Positions 55,912 through 64,000 of a stretch of DNA of 64,000 nt are shown here, piece by piece (position 1 is the first letter of the stretch; every line of letters begins with the position of its first letter). This DNA is from Bdellovibrionales bacterium (GTDB lineage Bacteria; Bdellovibrionota; Bdellovibrionia; Bdellovibrionales; JAUICD01). Below the pieces are notes generated by a model. It searched no databases. It worked only from the letters and a program-made list of their open reading frames with translations, and was not told the origin of the DNA. The translations under genes and the position numbers were made by a program. Where the stretch lies: NCBI GenBank assembly GCA_965197425.1, contig CBDANC010000014.1, forward strand, positions 387,729-451,728. The letters run 5' to 3'.

Positions 55912-56430
55912 TTACTGTTTTAAGTTATATATGTCTTGATAGTTTCTTCCAATAAGATGGTTGTCCATTCCATATCCTATCACAAACCTGTCTTCGATAG
56001 ATTTTCCTACAAAATCTGCTTTAATGTTATTTGTTCTTCTAGCAGTTTTATCCAGCAGGGCTACTACTTTTACAGATCTTGGATTTCCTAATAGAAGCCT
56101 ATCTTTTAAAAATTTAATTTTTTTTCCTTCATCTAGTATTTCTTTTATAATCAATACGTGTTTGTTTTCAATATCACAGGTTATATCTGTTGACAGGCGA
56201 GTTGTATTTTCATTTGGAGCGTTGTTGGTTAAGTGTACAAAGTCAATTTCCAGTGGCATATTAAGATGTCTGGCTAGATCTGACATAAACACAACGGATC
56301 CTATTAAGGGGCATACTAAGACCAAAGGTTGTTGATAGTAATGATTTTGTATTTGTTCTGCTAAGCTTATTATAATTTCATCTATTTCTTTTTTGTCTAT
56401 GTATACTATAGTGTGATCTTTTGTTTTCAA
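55912..56430 (-). CDS. hpt: Hypoxanthine phosphoribosyltransferase-like protein (divergent PRPP loop)
   Basis: GSVVFMSDLAR, LLDK..RR and FVIGYGMD....RNY motifs. Confidence 0.85.
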   Translation of the reverse strand: MKTKDHTIVYIDKKEIDEIIISLAEQIQNHYYQQPLVLVCPLIGSVVFMSDLARHLNMPLEIDFVHLTNNAPNENTTRLSTDITCDIENKHVLIIKEILDEGKKIKFLKDRLLLGNPRSVKVVALLDKTARRTNNIKADFVGKSIEDRFVIGYGMDNHLIGRNYQDIYNLKQ

Positions 56431-57176
56431 AACTTGTCCTCTAATACGCCTTGATATTCAGGGTTGGCGTTCATTGCTAGTTTTAGGCAGGTTTTAGCTT
56501 GAATGTTGCCTGGATCTCTAAATAGGATAGACTCCCAAGTTTCTATGGCATCGATAATTTTTCCTGCGTCATAATATATTTCAGCAAGTTTTTGCCTGGC
56601 TGCTAGAACATGAGGGTTGTGTTTAATAAGCGCTCTTAGTTCTAGCACTGCAGTTCTAGCTCTATCTAACTTTATATATGAATCTGCAACTTTTAAGATT
56701 ACTGGAGCATCATAATGTAAGCTTTTTGCTTTTAAAAAATTCTCTAAAGCTTCTTCATGTCTTCTGTAGCTAGAATATAGATCGCCTAGCTCTTCATGTT
56801 TTTTTGCTAAAATTTCGTTTGTAAACAAGCTTTGGGTATTTTTCTTATCAGCAAATATTTTCTTAGCTGTTTCAAATTCTTTTCTTCCCTCTTCATATCG
56901 CCCTAAATCGTTATATATAATACTAAGCCCAACAGATGCATCGATATAAGAAGGATCAATTTCCAAAGCTCTCTTGAAATATTTGATAGCCATATTAAAT
57001 TTGCCTTTGTCATATGCAATTGTGGCTAACATTTGGAAAATTTCTGGAGTTTTATTGTTATATAATAACAGATCATTTAGTATCGGTTCGCAAGTTTTGT
57101 ACTTGCCGCCTATAAATAGTTCCCTCGCATCGTTTAGCCTAAGCTTAAACTCAGAAGTTTCAATTTCCATGGTCAA
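56427..57176 (-). CDS. TPR-repeat protein
   Basis: Repeated TPR units, e.g. YDKGKFNMAIKYFKRALEIDPSY and LGDLYSSYRRHEEAL. Confidence 0.85.
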   Translation of the reverse strand: MTMEIETSEFKLRLNDARELFIGGKYKTCEPILNDLLLYNNKTPEIFQMLATIAYDKGKFNMAIKYFKRALEIDPSYIDASVGLSIIYNDLGRYEEGRKEFETAKKIFADKKNTQSLFTNEILAKKHEELGDLYSSYRRHEEALENFLKAKSLHYDAPVILKVADSYIKLDRARTAVLELRALIKHNPHVLAARQKLAEIYYDAGKIIDAIETWESILFRDPGNIQAKTCLKLAMNANPEYQGVLEDKF

Positions 57177-57907
57177 AACCCATTTTCTTCTATAATTTTG
57201 GCAGCCTCTATACTTTCTTCAGAGGCTGTATATTCTTTTAAAAGTTTGTCTAAATATTTTTTGCTTTCAATTTTATTATCAAGACCTAGGTGTGCTTTAC
57301 CTGCACCCAATAAAGAGGCGGGTGCCGCACCAGTATCATGGTAGAAGTTTGTTACAGCAATATATCTAGCCAAAGCACTTTTATACTGCTTATTTTTAAG
57401 ATAAAAATTTGCAATGCCAAGCTCTTTTTGAGCTAGCAAGTTTCTTATCTCTATTTTCTTTGATTTAACTTCATTAATTTTTTCAAAGTTTGGATAATTA
57501 TTTATCAAAAGATCTAAAGCGTCCAATAAGGCATAAGCCAAGGATAAATCTCGATCTGCAGAACGGGGAAGTCTATTGTAATAACAAAGTGCAATTTGAT
57601 ACGACACATAGTCAGACTTTTTATGTGTTGGATAAAACTCTTGAAATCTTTTGTATGTATAAAGGGCTTCTTCATAGCTTTTGAGAATAAAATAGATATC
57701 TGCAATTTTTAGGTCAGCTTTAGTGATATACTCTTGGTTGGAATATTTTTTAACATCTTGAAATGCTTCTAAAGCTAAATTGTATTGTTTGCTATTCAGA
57801 AGATGATTGGCATACTCAAAATTCCCTCTAGCAGAAGATAAGTCGCTTTGAAATTTGGTACACCCAACCAATAAAATAAATGAAATTACTAAAATCTTGC
57901 CCATCAC
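57173..57907 (-). CDS. bamD: Outer-membrane assembly lipoprotein BamD
   Basis: Lipobox LVGC; RFQEFYPTH, DRDLS, ELGIANFYLK..QY.SA..RY motifs. Confidence 0.92.
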   Translation of the reverse strand: MMGKILVISFILLVGCTKFQSDLSSARGNFEYANHLLNSKQYNLALEAFQDVKKYSNQEYITKADLKIADIYFILKSYEEALYTYKRFQEFYPTHKKSDYVSYQIALCYYNRLPRSADRDLSLAYALLDALDLLINNYPNFEKINEVKSKKIEIRNLLAQKELGIANFYLKNKQYKSALARYIAVTNFYHDTGAAPASLLGAGKAHLGLDNKIESKKYLDKLLKEYTASEESIEAAKIIEENGF

Positions 57908-57970
57908 AACCCTTAAGCTAGAAAAAAGTATGAAATATTTGTTTAAAAGTCAAGCAGGCTTTCTTTATTG

Positions 57971-58726
57971 CTACAGATCTTCTATTAGGCTTTTTTCTGG
58001 ATAAAACAGGTGTTTTCCCAATATAAACCCCTGCCGATTATGTACCCTTACTGAGTTCCAAGGGCCATTTGTTTTTTTAATTATAACTTTTGTTCCTGGG
58101 GCAACTTGCATAATAGGTGCGCTTTTTTCATTAGACGCAGCATAAAGAGGAATTTGTTTGATGGATACAGCCCAAAACTCTCTGTCTTTTTTGATTTTTA
58201 TAAAAATTATGCATAAGAGTGTTGTGGCTATAATCCAGGAAAATTTAAACTTTTTAATGCTAGCACCAAATTTAAAGGTTCTATGATAAAAATTTATTGT
58301 CCTGTTAAGTAACCAGATTAAAAATAGTATTGCTATAAGTAAAAATAAATTTAATGGAAGCCCTACTATTTTGTCTTTAAAGGTTTTGTTATAAATCTCA
58401 AGTGATCTAGCGTTTTGTATAATCTCTAAAACTTCCCTAGCATTTTTATTCCCTCTAAAATGTGCTGTGGTCAAAAGTCCTATAGCCATATCTATGTTGT
58501 TTTTTTGATATTCTATAATTCCTAGGTTGTATAATAAGTTTTTATTATTAGGATATGTTTTTAAAAGGTTTTTGATATGTTCTTTTGAGTGGTCAAAATC
58601 ATGATCCTGATAGTTTTTTTGTGCTAAATTTAGTACATGTTGTGGTGTGGTATCTTGTGCCATAGCACTTGTTAAATAACCATTGAAAATAAACCATACT
58701 ATGGTTATAGATAACATTAATATCAC
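57971..58726 (-). CDS. TPR + TM + SH3b protein (BatE-like architecture)
   Basis: LLYNLG TPR, two TM segments, and an SH3-like C-terminus (PGTKV...GPWNSV...GFI). Confidence 0.7.
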   Translation of the reverse strand: MILMLSITIVWFIFNGYLTSAMAQDTTPQHVLNLAQKNYQDHDFDHSKEHIKNLLKTYPNNKNLLYNLGIIEYQKNNIDMAIGLLTTAHFRGNKNAREVLEIIQNARSLEIYNKTFKDKIVGLPLNLFLLIAILFLIWLLNRTINFYHRTFKFGASIKKFKFSWIIATTLLCIIFIKIKKDREFWAVSIKQIPLYAASNEKSAPIMQVAPGTKVIIKKTNGPWNSVRVHNRQGFILGKHLFYPEKSLIEDL

Positions 58727-58782
58727 CCCTTTTATGATAATGAATAATATTATAAGTTAGAATAATTCAGCAAAAAACATAT

Positions 58783-60162
58783 ATGTCAAGCAAATCTAAA
58801 AATTCAAAACTTAAAGTATCAAAGGAAGTTTTGATATCTCATCTTTTAGATGAGGTAAACAACAAAGATATAGACAGAATAAAAGAAGCTAGTTCGAACC
58901 AAAATGTTACAAAAAAGCTTTATGAACAGGTAGAGAGTCTAAGGGGCAGACCTTTGTTTTTACCGTATATAGGAAGTGGTAGAGGGAATGGGGTGTATGT
59001 AGAGCTTGAGGACTTGAGTGTTAAAATGGATCTAGTAGGAGGAATTGGAATACATATATTAGGTCATGGACACCACGAGATAATAAGAAAGGCTTTGCAG
59101 GCTTCTGTGTCTAATATTGTAATGCAGGGAAATTTACAGATGAATGGGGATTGGATTAAACTTTCTAAAAAATTTGTGGACATTTCTTCTAAATCCTCAA
59201 AACTTGTGCATTCGTGGCTTACTACATCAGGCACTATGGCAAATGAAAATGCACTTAAAATGATATTGCATAAAAACACCCCAGCTAGAAAGCTTATAAC
59301 CATGAAAAAAGCTTTTGCAGGAAGAAGCATAATGATGAGTGAAATAAGTGATAATCCAGAATATAAAGTAGGACTTCCAAGCTATAATGATGTGCTTAGG
59401 ATAGATTTTTATGATTCAAACCATCCTGACAGATCAAAAGAGAGGTCCTTAAGTCAATTGAAAGAACACATACTTAAAAACAAGAGTAATATAGCGGGAT
59501 TTGTATTTGAAATAATACAAGGAGAAGGAGGCTTTAGAACAGCTCCAAGAGACTTTTTTGTTCCACTGTTTGAAGAGTGTAAAAGAAATAATATTGCAGT
59601 ATGGGCTGATGAAGTTCAGACATTTGCTAGAACTGGAGAATTTTTTGCCTTCAATGCTCTAGATATTGGTAGCTATATGGATGTGGTAACTGTTGGCAAA
59701 GCCCCTCAAATAGCAACTACTTTATTTACAAAAGAGTATAACCCAAGCCCAGGGATTATTGCAGGAACTTTTGCAGGCTCTACAGTACAGATGGCTACCG
59801 GACTTAAGATATTAGAGATATTAGAAGAGGGTGAGTTTATGGGGCCAAATGGTAGAATTAATAAAATCTACGAAAAATTTAACTCTAATATATCTGGGTT
59901 AATTAAAACCACTTTGAAAGGACTGATAAAAGATATAAATGGGATAGGATTGATGATAGCCATAACCCCGCATGATGGAACAAGAGAAACTCAAATTGGA
60001 CTTATTAAGACCTTTTATAAAAATGGACTTATTACATTTGGTTGTGGTAGAGACCCGTGTAAAATTAGATTTTTGCCCCCAGCTATAATTAGTGATGATG
60101 AAATAGATATAGCTTGTAAAATTATTGAAAAATCAACGCTAGAATATCACAATCTAACTTGA
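58783..60162 (+). CDS. Class-III PLP-dependent aminotransferase (ArgD-like)
   Basis: SGTMANENALK, EIIQGEGG, ADEVQT..RTG, TVGK and IRFLPP motifs. Confidence 0.9.
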   Translation: MSSKSKNSKLKVSKEVLISHLLDEVNNKDIDRIKEASSNQNVTKKLYEQVESLRGRPLFLPYIGSGRGNGVYVELEDLSVKMDLVGGIGIHILGHGHHEIIRKALQASVSNIVMQGNLQMNGDWIKLSKKFVDISSKSSKLVHSWLTTSGTMANENALKMILHKNTPARKLITMKKAFAGRSIMMSEISDNPEYKVGLPSYNDVLRIDFYDSNHPDRSKERSLSQLKEHILKNKSNIAGFVFEIIQGEGGFRTAPRDFFVPLFEECKRNNIAVWADEVQTFARTGEFFAFNALDIGSYMDVVTVGKAPQIATTLFTKEYNPSPGIIAGTFAGSTVQMATGLKILEILEEGEFMGPNGRINKIYEKFNSNISGLIKTTLKGLIKDINGIGLMIAITPHDGTRETQIGLIKTFYKNGLITFGCGRDPCKIRFLPPAIISDDEIDIACKIIEKSTLEYHNLT

Positions 60163-60194
60163 GCTAATAATAACTAAAAATTAATAGGACAAAA

Positions 60195-61187
60195 ATGATA
60201 AGAATTTTATTAGGGCTATGTATTTGTTTTATAACTTCTGCTTTTATTTATTTTTGTTATAAAATATATTTCCCAAACAATTTGTCTCAGGAAAAAATAA
60301 TTTTTGATGTAAGTCCTGGTGATAATTTTAATAAAATTTCAGACAGACTTATTTCTAAAGATCTCATAGATAATAAAAATTTATTTTTGTTCTATATAAA
60401 AATCTTTGGTTTTGAAAAGAAACTCAAAGTTGGAGAATATGAACTTTTCTTTAATATGAGTCTTCACAGAATTGCAAAGACTCTAGTTTCCAATAATACA
60501 TATGCCAGAGAGATTACAATAGCAGAAGGCCTTAACATGTATGAGATAGCCAACATTTTAAATGAGAACAACTTAGCTGATAAAGATAAATTTTTAGATC
60601 TCTGTAATGATATTGAGTTTATAGAAATTCTTTTAGATGAGCGGTTGATAAGCTTAGAGGGGTATCTTTTCCCTGAAACTTATAAGATCAGTAAATATAC
60701 TTCTGAAAAATCCATAATTACAACAATGGTAAATGGATTTTTAAAAAAGTTTGATGCTATAGCCCCTTCGTATAATGAGTATATAAAAAACAGGAATGAA
60801 GCCGTAGCCATGGCCAGTGTTATAGAAAAGGAAACAGGGGCTAGTTTTGAAAGACCCACAATATCTTCTGTGTTTTATAATAGACTCAAGCGAGGCATGA
60901 GACTTCAGTCTGATCCCACTATTATATATGGTATTTTGAGGGCCACAGGAACTCAAATTAAGAACATAAGAAGAAAGGATATTAAATCTCAAAATGAATA
61001 TAATACTTATTATATAAATGGACTTCCTAAAACTCCCATTGCCAATCCTGGGGAGAACGCTATTAGAGCCGTGTTTAACCCGGCTAAAACAGAGTATTTA
61101 TATTTTGTAAGTAAAAATGATGGAACTCATAAGTTTTCTTTAAGCTATCAAGAGCATTTAAAAGCAGTTGACCTATATCAAAGGTAA
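60195..61187 (+). CDS. mltG: Endolytic transglycosylase MltG
   Basis: LEGYLFPETY, ASVIEKET, NRL..GMRLQSDPT, YNTY...GLP.TPIANPG and YLYFVS motifs. Confidence 0.97.
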   Translation: MIRILLGLCICFITSAFIYFCYKIYFPNNLSQEKIIFDVSPGDNFNKISDRLISKDLIDNKNLFLFYIKIFGFEKKLKVGEYELFFNMSLHRIAKTLVSNNTYAREITIAEGLNMYEIANILNENNLADKDKFLDLCNDIEFIEILLDERLISLEGYLFPETYKISKYTSEKSIITTMVNGFLKKFDAIAPSYNEYIKNRNEAVAMASVIEKETGASFERPTISSVFYNRLKRGMRLQSDPTIIYGILRATGTQIKNIRRKDIKSQNEYNTYYINGLPKTPIANPGENAIRAVFNPAKTEYLYFVSKNDGTHKFSLSYQEHLKAVDLYQR

Positions 61188-61201
61188 AAATAAAGGTAAA
61201 A

Positions 61202-61277
61202 TGGTGCACTCAACAGGATTCGAACCTATGACCCCCACCACGTCAAGGTGGTGCTCTGCCAACTGAGCTATGAGTGC
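61202..61277 (-). tRNA. tRNA-Val(GAC)
   Basis: 76 nt. Acceptor GCACTCA/TGAGTGC-A-CCA, anticodon arm CCACC-TTGACGT-GGTGG, T-loop GTTCGAA. Confidence 0.97.
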
Positions 61278-61444
61278 TTAGCTTAAAAGGTGCAAAAATT
61301 TACCAAAAAAGTTTATAAAAGTCATGTTTTTTGCTTGTAAAAAGGGGCAATTTAGATTTATAAAAATTGTCTACCTTAGTGAAATAAATATGTTAGAGTA
61401 AAAAAATACTAAGGCAAAAAGTTGTTATGGCGTAGAAGGTTGAT

Positions 61445-61624
61445 ATGGCAAAGAAAGGAAAAACTAAAATTATCACTTTAGAGTGTACTGAGGCAAGAAA
61501 GCTAGGCAAACCTGTGTCTAGGTATACTACCGCTAAAAACACACAAAACCATCCAGAAAGGCTTGAAAAGAAAAAGTATAACCCTAGCCTTAATAGACAC
61601 ACTTTACATAAAGAAATAAAATAA
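61445..61624 (+). CDS. rpmG: 50S ribosomal protein L33
   Basis: Not in the track. [59 protein letters not shown]. Confidence 0.96.
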   Translation: MAKKGKTKIITLECTEARKLGKPVSRYTTAKNTQNHPERLEKKKYNPSLNRHTLHKEIK

Positions 61625-61682
61625 ATTTTTTATCCCTTAGAAACTCAAAAAGCGCTGAAATCGACTTTTTAGCTAAAATCCT

Positions 61683-61709
61683 TAAGGTAGTTTTAGTACT
61701 TTCCGATTA
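61683..61709 (+). promoter_or_regulatory. sigma28 (FliA)-like promoter
   Basis: TAAG-N15-TCCGATTA, ending 22 nt before ATG 61732. Confidence 0.5.
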
Positions 61710-61731
61710 GCCCTAAGCTTGGGGTTTTTAA

Positions 61732-63207
61732 ATGAACAAATCTAAGGTTTTACTTGTATTATTTCTTTTGCCTATGGCATTGGGTACTACTTCTCTTATT
61801 AACAATATGAGTTCAGGAACTCGAGAGTTTTCCTCGCTTTCAGAATTGCCAGATAGCATTCAAAGAGTTTTGTCGGATAGTTTTGAAAATAGTAATGAAC
61901 AAGGCAGAAGAATAAGTGTTGATGGTGATAATACAAAAGAAACACTCCTGAACTTATCTTTTAATTATAGCAAAGAAGAAGATACGGGTGTATTTGATGC
62001 CCCTAGTGGAGAAGCATTTACTATAAAAATTGAAGCAGTAACAGAAGGAGATATTGAAGTAGAACATGATGGAAAAAGTGTTAAATGTGATTGTGATAGT
62101 ACCCACACAATTGAATTAGAACTTCCTGAAAACTTGCTAGAACTTGCCACAACGTGTGATATACCTGAAGAAGAGGAGGAGGAAGAGGCAAGTGAAGATA
62201 ATGGAGGTGGTGGCACAGCAGGAACTCAGGCATCCATCTTCAATGCAAAAGATCAAAGTATGGGAGAGAACTTGTCAAAACTAGATAGAAGTTTAGCTAG
62301 CAATGAGAATTGTGTGGAAGAATTTAGATCTGGATTGAGAGATTTTTTTAGACGAAGCAAGAACAATATAATTTCTCGAATAAAAGAAACTAGGCTGGCT
62401 CAGCACGAAAGAAATGTCGAAGAAAAAGATTGTGATAATAAAGATGATGAGGAAGATAAGATAGAGTGTTTTATAAACGCTGCCTCAGAGCTGCCTAGAT
62501 CAGCAGAAGATGAGAGAGAAGAAATTTTTTCTAAGATAGAAGATCATATGGAAGATCTAAATTACTCTGATGAAGACGACAAGAAGATCTTTTTAGAAAT
62601 GTTAGACGAACTAAATGAAGTTAGACCTAGAGGCTCTTCTGATTTAAGAAGAAAACTAAGACGACATAGAGATACAAGAGAATTTGTAGATAACGAAAGA
62701 GAGGATTTAAATGAAATAAATGCTAGAATAGTGGAAGCAAAAGAACAACTGGAACTAGCAGAAACAGAGTTTAACAATTCAAATAAAACCCCATTTGATT
62801 TTGGGAGATACCAGCAACAAACTCAAAGGTATCATAACGAACATATGTATCTGACCATGCAGCTTTCTAGGCAAAAGGATCACTTAAGAAATGAATCTTT
62901 AGGTATGATAAGAGACTATCAGTTTAATGAAAGGATTTTCAATCAAGCTGATGCTAACATTGCAACCAGGTACGCTACTACAGGGTATAATTTCCCACAT
63001 CATCAAACAAGTGTGTCTACTTCTTCTAGAAGAGGCAGCGCAAGAAGAGTAAATCTAGGAAACATTCTTCAAAACAGCCCTTCATATTGGGGGGTTGGAA
63101 GCCCACAAACTAGCCCGGGCATAGTCCCTCAGCGGGTCAACCGCTCTGTCCCTGGCAGTTTAAATAGGTCAAATAGAAGTAGCAGAAGAAGCGGCAGATC
63201 TCGCTAA
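61732..63207 (+). CDS. Exported hypothetical protein with an acidic helical core and an Arg/Ser-rich tail
   Basis: Signal peptide; poly-Glu; six Cys; coiled coil; C-terminus SNRSSRRSGRSR. Confidence 0.8.
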   Translation: MNKSKVLLVLFLLPMALGTTSLINNMSSGTREFSSLSELPDSIQRVLSDSFENSNEQGRRISVDGDNTKETLLNLSFNYSKEEDTGVFDAPSGEAFTIKIEAVTEGDIEVEHDGKSVKCDCDSTHTIELELPENLLELATTCDIPEEEEEEEASEDNGGGGTAGTQASIFNAKDQSMGENLSKLDRSLASNENCVEEFRSGLRDFFRRSKNNIISRIKETRLAQHERNVEEKDCDNKDDEEDKIECFINAASELPRSAEDEREEIFSKIEDHMEDLNYSDEDDKKIFLEMLDELNEVRPRGSSDLRRKLRRHRDTREFVDNEREDLNEINARIVEAKEQLELAETEFNNSNKTPFDFGRYQQQTQRYHNEHMYLTMQLSRQKDHLRNESLGMIRDYQFNERIFNQADANIATRYATTGYNFPHHQTSVSTSSRRGSARRVNLGNILQNSPSYWGVGSPQTSPGIVPQRVNRSVPGSLNRSNRSSRRSGRSR

Positions 63208-63454
63208 ACTCTTAAAGATTCTGCAATACAAAACCCCCATGTAATATAGTACTAGTAATTATTGTACTAAGAAATCTATATCAAGTGTGTGTGCTTTTGT
63301 TTAAATGCTTGACTTCGAAAAAACTAAAATCTATATCCCATACCAGCGGTTAGAGAAAACATCTGATCTCTTACCTCATTATTTGATTCCTTATAAAGCC
63401 AGGTATAGTCAATAGATACTGGAAAAAACAAACGAGTCTCTGTCAAGTTCACAT

Positions 63455-64000
63455 CTAATCCTGCCGCGACTTTAAACCAGAGCGAGGAGGGAGAGGTTCT
63501 TCCAACATGTTATTATTCCAGCTAATAGGAAGAAGTCCCACAACCCCTATTCCAATCCAAGGAGCCAAATCATCATAGGAAGTCATCTTAACTCTCAAAA
63601 GGCCTTCTATGGTTAGATAGTCTATAACAGCAAAACAAGTAACCCCAGTTATGTCAAATTGTTGTTCTGCAGGATTATCTGCTAGAGGGCCACAGTTAAA
63701 TGTAATCTTTTGTCTGTCAGTTATCTGCTCATGTGGTTTTGCTGTGTCGACAACACGAAACCTCTCAAACCCTGCGGTTATTCGTAGTCCAAGGCTTGGG
63801 TTTACTGACCAGTCTAAAAAGGTTCTTCCGGCAAATCCTAGGCCTCGGGTTTTTAATACAGGAGTATCACCTTCTCTAAACTGCTCATCAGGATTAAAAC
63901 GACCTTGGCCGCTGGATTCTTTATCAATGGTACACTGATTGGAAGTATTTGTATTGTAGCAGTCCTGATCTAAAAGGTTGTAATTTATACCACCCATGAC
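63455..64000 (-). CDS. Putative outer-membrane beta-barrel protein (5' end outside the window; C-terminus possibly truncated)
   Basis: Amphipathic strands GFAGRTFLDW, LGLRITAGFERF, YLTIEGLLRVKM and PWIGIGVVGL; Cys-paired loops; frame open to base 64000. Confidence 0.6.
   Translation of the reverse strand, partial: VMGGINYNLLDQDCYNTNTSNQCTIDKESSGQGRFNPDEQFREGDTPVLKTRGLGFAGRTFLDWSVNPSLGLRITAGFERFRVVDTAKPHEQITDRQKITFNCGPLADNPAEQQFDITGVTCFAVIDYLTIEGLLRVKMTSYDDLAPWIGIGVVGLLPISWNNNMLEEPLPPRSGLKSRQD

Noticed and set aside
61393..61602. Minus-strand 69-aa ORF
   Set aside because: Antisense to rpmG.

Overview
This is the AT-rich replication-origin region of a bacterial chromosome. Gene content and order (atp operon split around oriC, bactofilin-parB-parA, gyrA-TPR-atpZ/I-atpB-atpE) point to Bdellovibrionota or a related former-deltaproteobacterial lineage; this placement is an inference. 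Core genes: partial carB, carA, tRNA-Val(TAC), rpsP-khpA-rimM-trmD, an ABC-2 exporter, trhO, atpF'FHAGDC, parAB with a perfect parS, mnmGE, jag, yidCD, rnpA, rpmH, dnaA-oriC(DnaA boxes and trios)-dnaN-recF-gyrBA, atpIBE, uvrA, pgm, bfr-thyA-folA, mfd, fpr, comF, lolA, hpt, bamD, mltG, tRNA-Val(GAC) and rpmG. Most notable: (1) three tandem exported ankyrin paralogues sharing a YEGLISAILxxAHIC cap; (2) an unannotated ~130-nt structured element between bactofilin and the atp genes; (3) two diverged paralogous exported proteins in the usual rsmG slot; (4) sigma28-like promoters before several accessory exported genes and a sigma54-like promoter before a small unannotated ORF; (5) alphaproteobacterial-looking carAB abutting a tRNA 3' end; (6) housekeeping proteins with altered key motifs (UvrA, Bfr, AtpC, Hpt). 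I found no CRISPR array, integrase, reverse transcriptase or intact transposase.
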